A DNA stretch of 64,000 bases, taken from positions 140,187 through 204,186 of the forward strand of contig CAVZPO010000021.1 of the NCBI GenBank assembly GCA_963777165.1. The letters are read 5' to 3'. Made by a program: the position numbers and the translations under genes. Positions within the stretch are counted from its first letter, which is position 1. The number at the start of each line of letters is the position of its first letter. The notes under the pieces are model-generated. The model was not told the origin of the DNA and did no database searches. It saw nothing but the letters and a program-made list of their open reading frames with translations. The DNA is from an uncultured Chloroflexia bacterium (GTDB lineage: Bacteria; Chloroflexota; Anaerolineae; Anaerolineales; E44-bin32). Of this stretch, positions 63,547 to 64,000 are shown in pieces.

Positions 63547-64000
63547 TCAGCCCTTGGGCGCCGGGATGGGTTTCGACGGCGATCCGCCGGGGATCCCAGA
63601 CTCAGTCGCCGGCGCCGTTGACGGATCGATCCCCGGCACTTCCGCCCCGCTGTCCAGCCCGAACAGGCCCTTCAGGAAGCGGACGATCTTCGCCCAGAAG
63701 GTCTCCGGCTCCGGCTCCAGCGGACCGGCCGGCACTTCGATGCCGCCTCCCCCGCCCCCGCCGCCTCCTCCTTCGAACGCCTGCTCGGCCTCCATCACTT
63801 CGACCGGCAGAACCTGCGTGATGCGCTGCGGCTGGCTGAAGTCATCCAGGTAGTCCACGGTGACGGTCAGCTCCACCGGCCCGGCCGCCACCGGGATGTA
63901 CACGGCGTCCAACGTGAAGTACCCGCCGGCATCCAGCAGGCCGATGGGCAGCACGTTGTTGCTCAGCTCACCGGCCTCGACACTGGCCTGCAACCGGCCG
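63547..64000 (-). CDS. C-terminal part of a secreted or cell-surface protein (5' end outside the window)
   Basis: The frame is open to the window edge. There is a beta-rich segment (FTLDAVYIPVAAGPVELTVTVDYLD), a 10-Gly run and a Pro/Glu-rich tail. The stop is 2 nt from the permease start. Confidence 0.45.
   Translation of the reverse strand, partial: GRLQASVEAGELSNNVLPIGLLDAGGYFTLDAVYIPVAAGPVELTVTVDYLDDFSQPQRITQVLPVEVMEAEQAFEGGGGGGGGGGIEVPAGPLEPEPETFWAKIVRFLKGLFGLDSGAEVPGIDPSTAPATESGIPGGSPSKPIPAPKG

Overview
This is a 64-kb, high-GC bacterial chromosomal segment. The gene content is reminiscent of Chloroflexota, but that is inference only. I can support about 60 protein genes, one tRNA-Asn, one TPP riboswitch and a few repeats or hairpins.

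Gene blocks, left to right:
- A decayed RAYT/IS200-like transposase with REP-like hairpins.
- An NAD-linked, Cys-type formate dehydrogenase: fused NuoE/F-like subunit, Fe-S subunit and Mo-pterin subunit.
- guaB, a DNA glycosylase and fabI.
- A GGDEF protein, then a translationally coupled yjbQ / PIG-L deacetylase / methyltransferase trio.
- Rubrerythrin, an alpha-glucan phosphorylase and two tandem UPF0316 paralogs.
- A DUF4388 / small GTPase / V4R module followed by a two-component set.
- Two large GT-C-type membrane glycosyltransferases.
- A TPP-riboswitch-controlled thiamine salvage operon: TPK, thiBPQ and DUF402.
- A run of small DUF membrane proteins.
- tRNA-Asn.
- An envelope redox-repair island: ccdA, a Met-rich TlpA-like lipoprotein, a two-component system, a redoxin and msrPQ.
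- Two GT2 genes and a serpin.
- A kdp locus carrying extra genes.
- An operon with an octaheme HAO-like cytochrome.
- A FtsX-type ABC permease.

Most notable hunt results:
1. A DUF4388-GTPase-V4R signalling module with no Roadblock partner.
2. An octaheme cytochrome translationally coupled to an internally duplicated four-His membrane protein.
3. Two copies of an intergenic element built from inverted arrays of GC-anchored heptanucleotide repeats.
4. A stand-alone DUF4118-GAF (KdpD sensor core) gene inserted between kdpB and kdpC, plus an extra micro-ORF ahead of kdpF.
5. A Met-rich tandem repeat in a thioredoxin-like lipoprotein in the same island as msrPQ.
6. At least ten conserved genes interrupted by single-base frame shifts. 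From sequence alone I cannot tell assembly error from real pseudogenisation.

I found no CRISPR array, rRNA, prophage or recognisable defence system.
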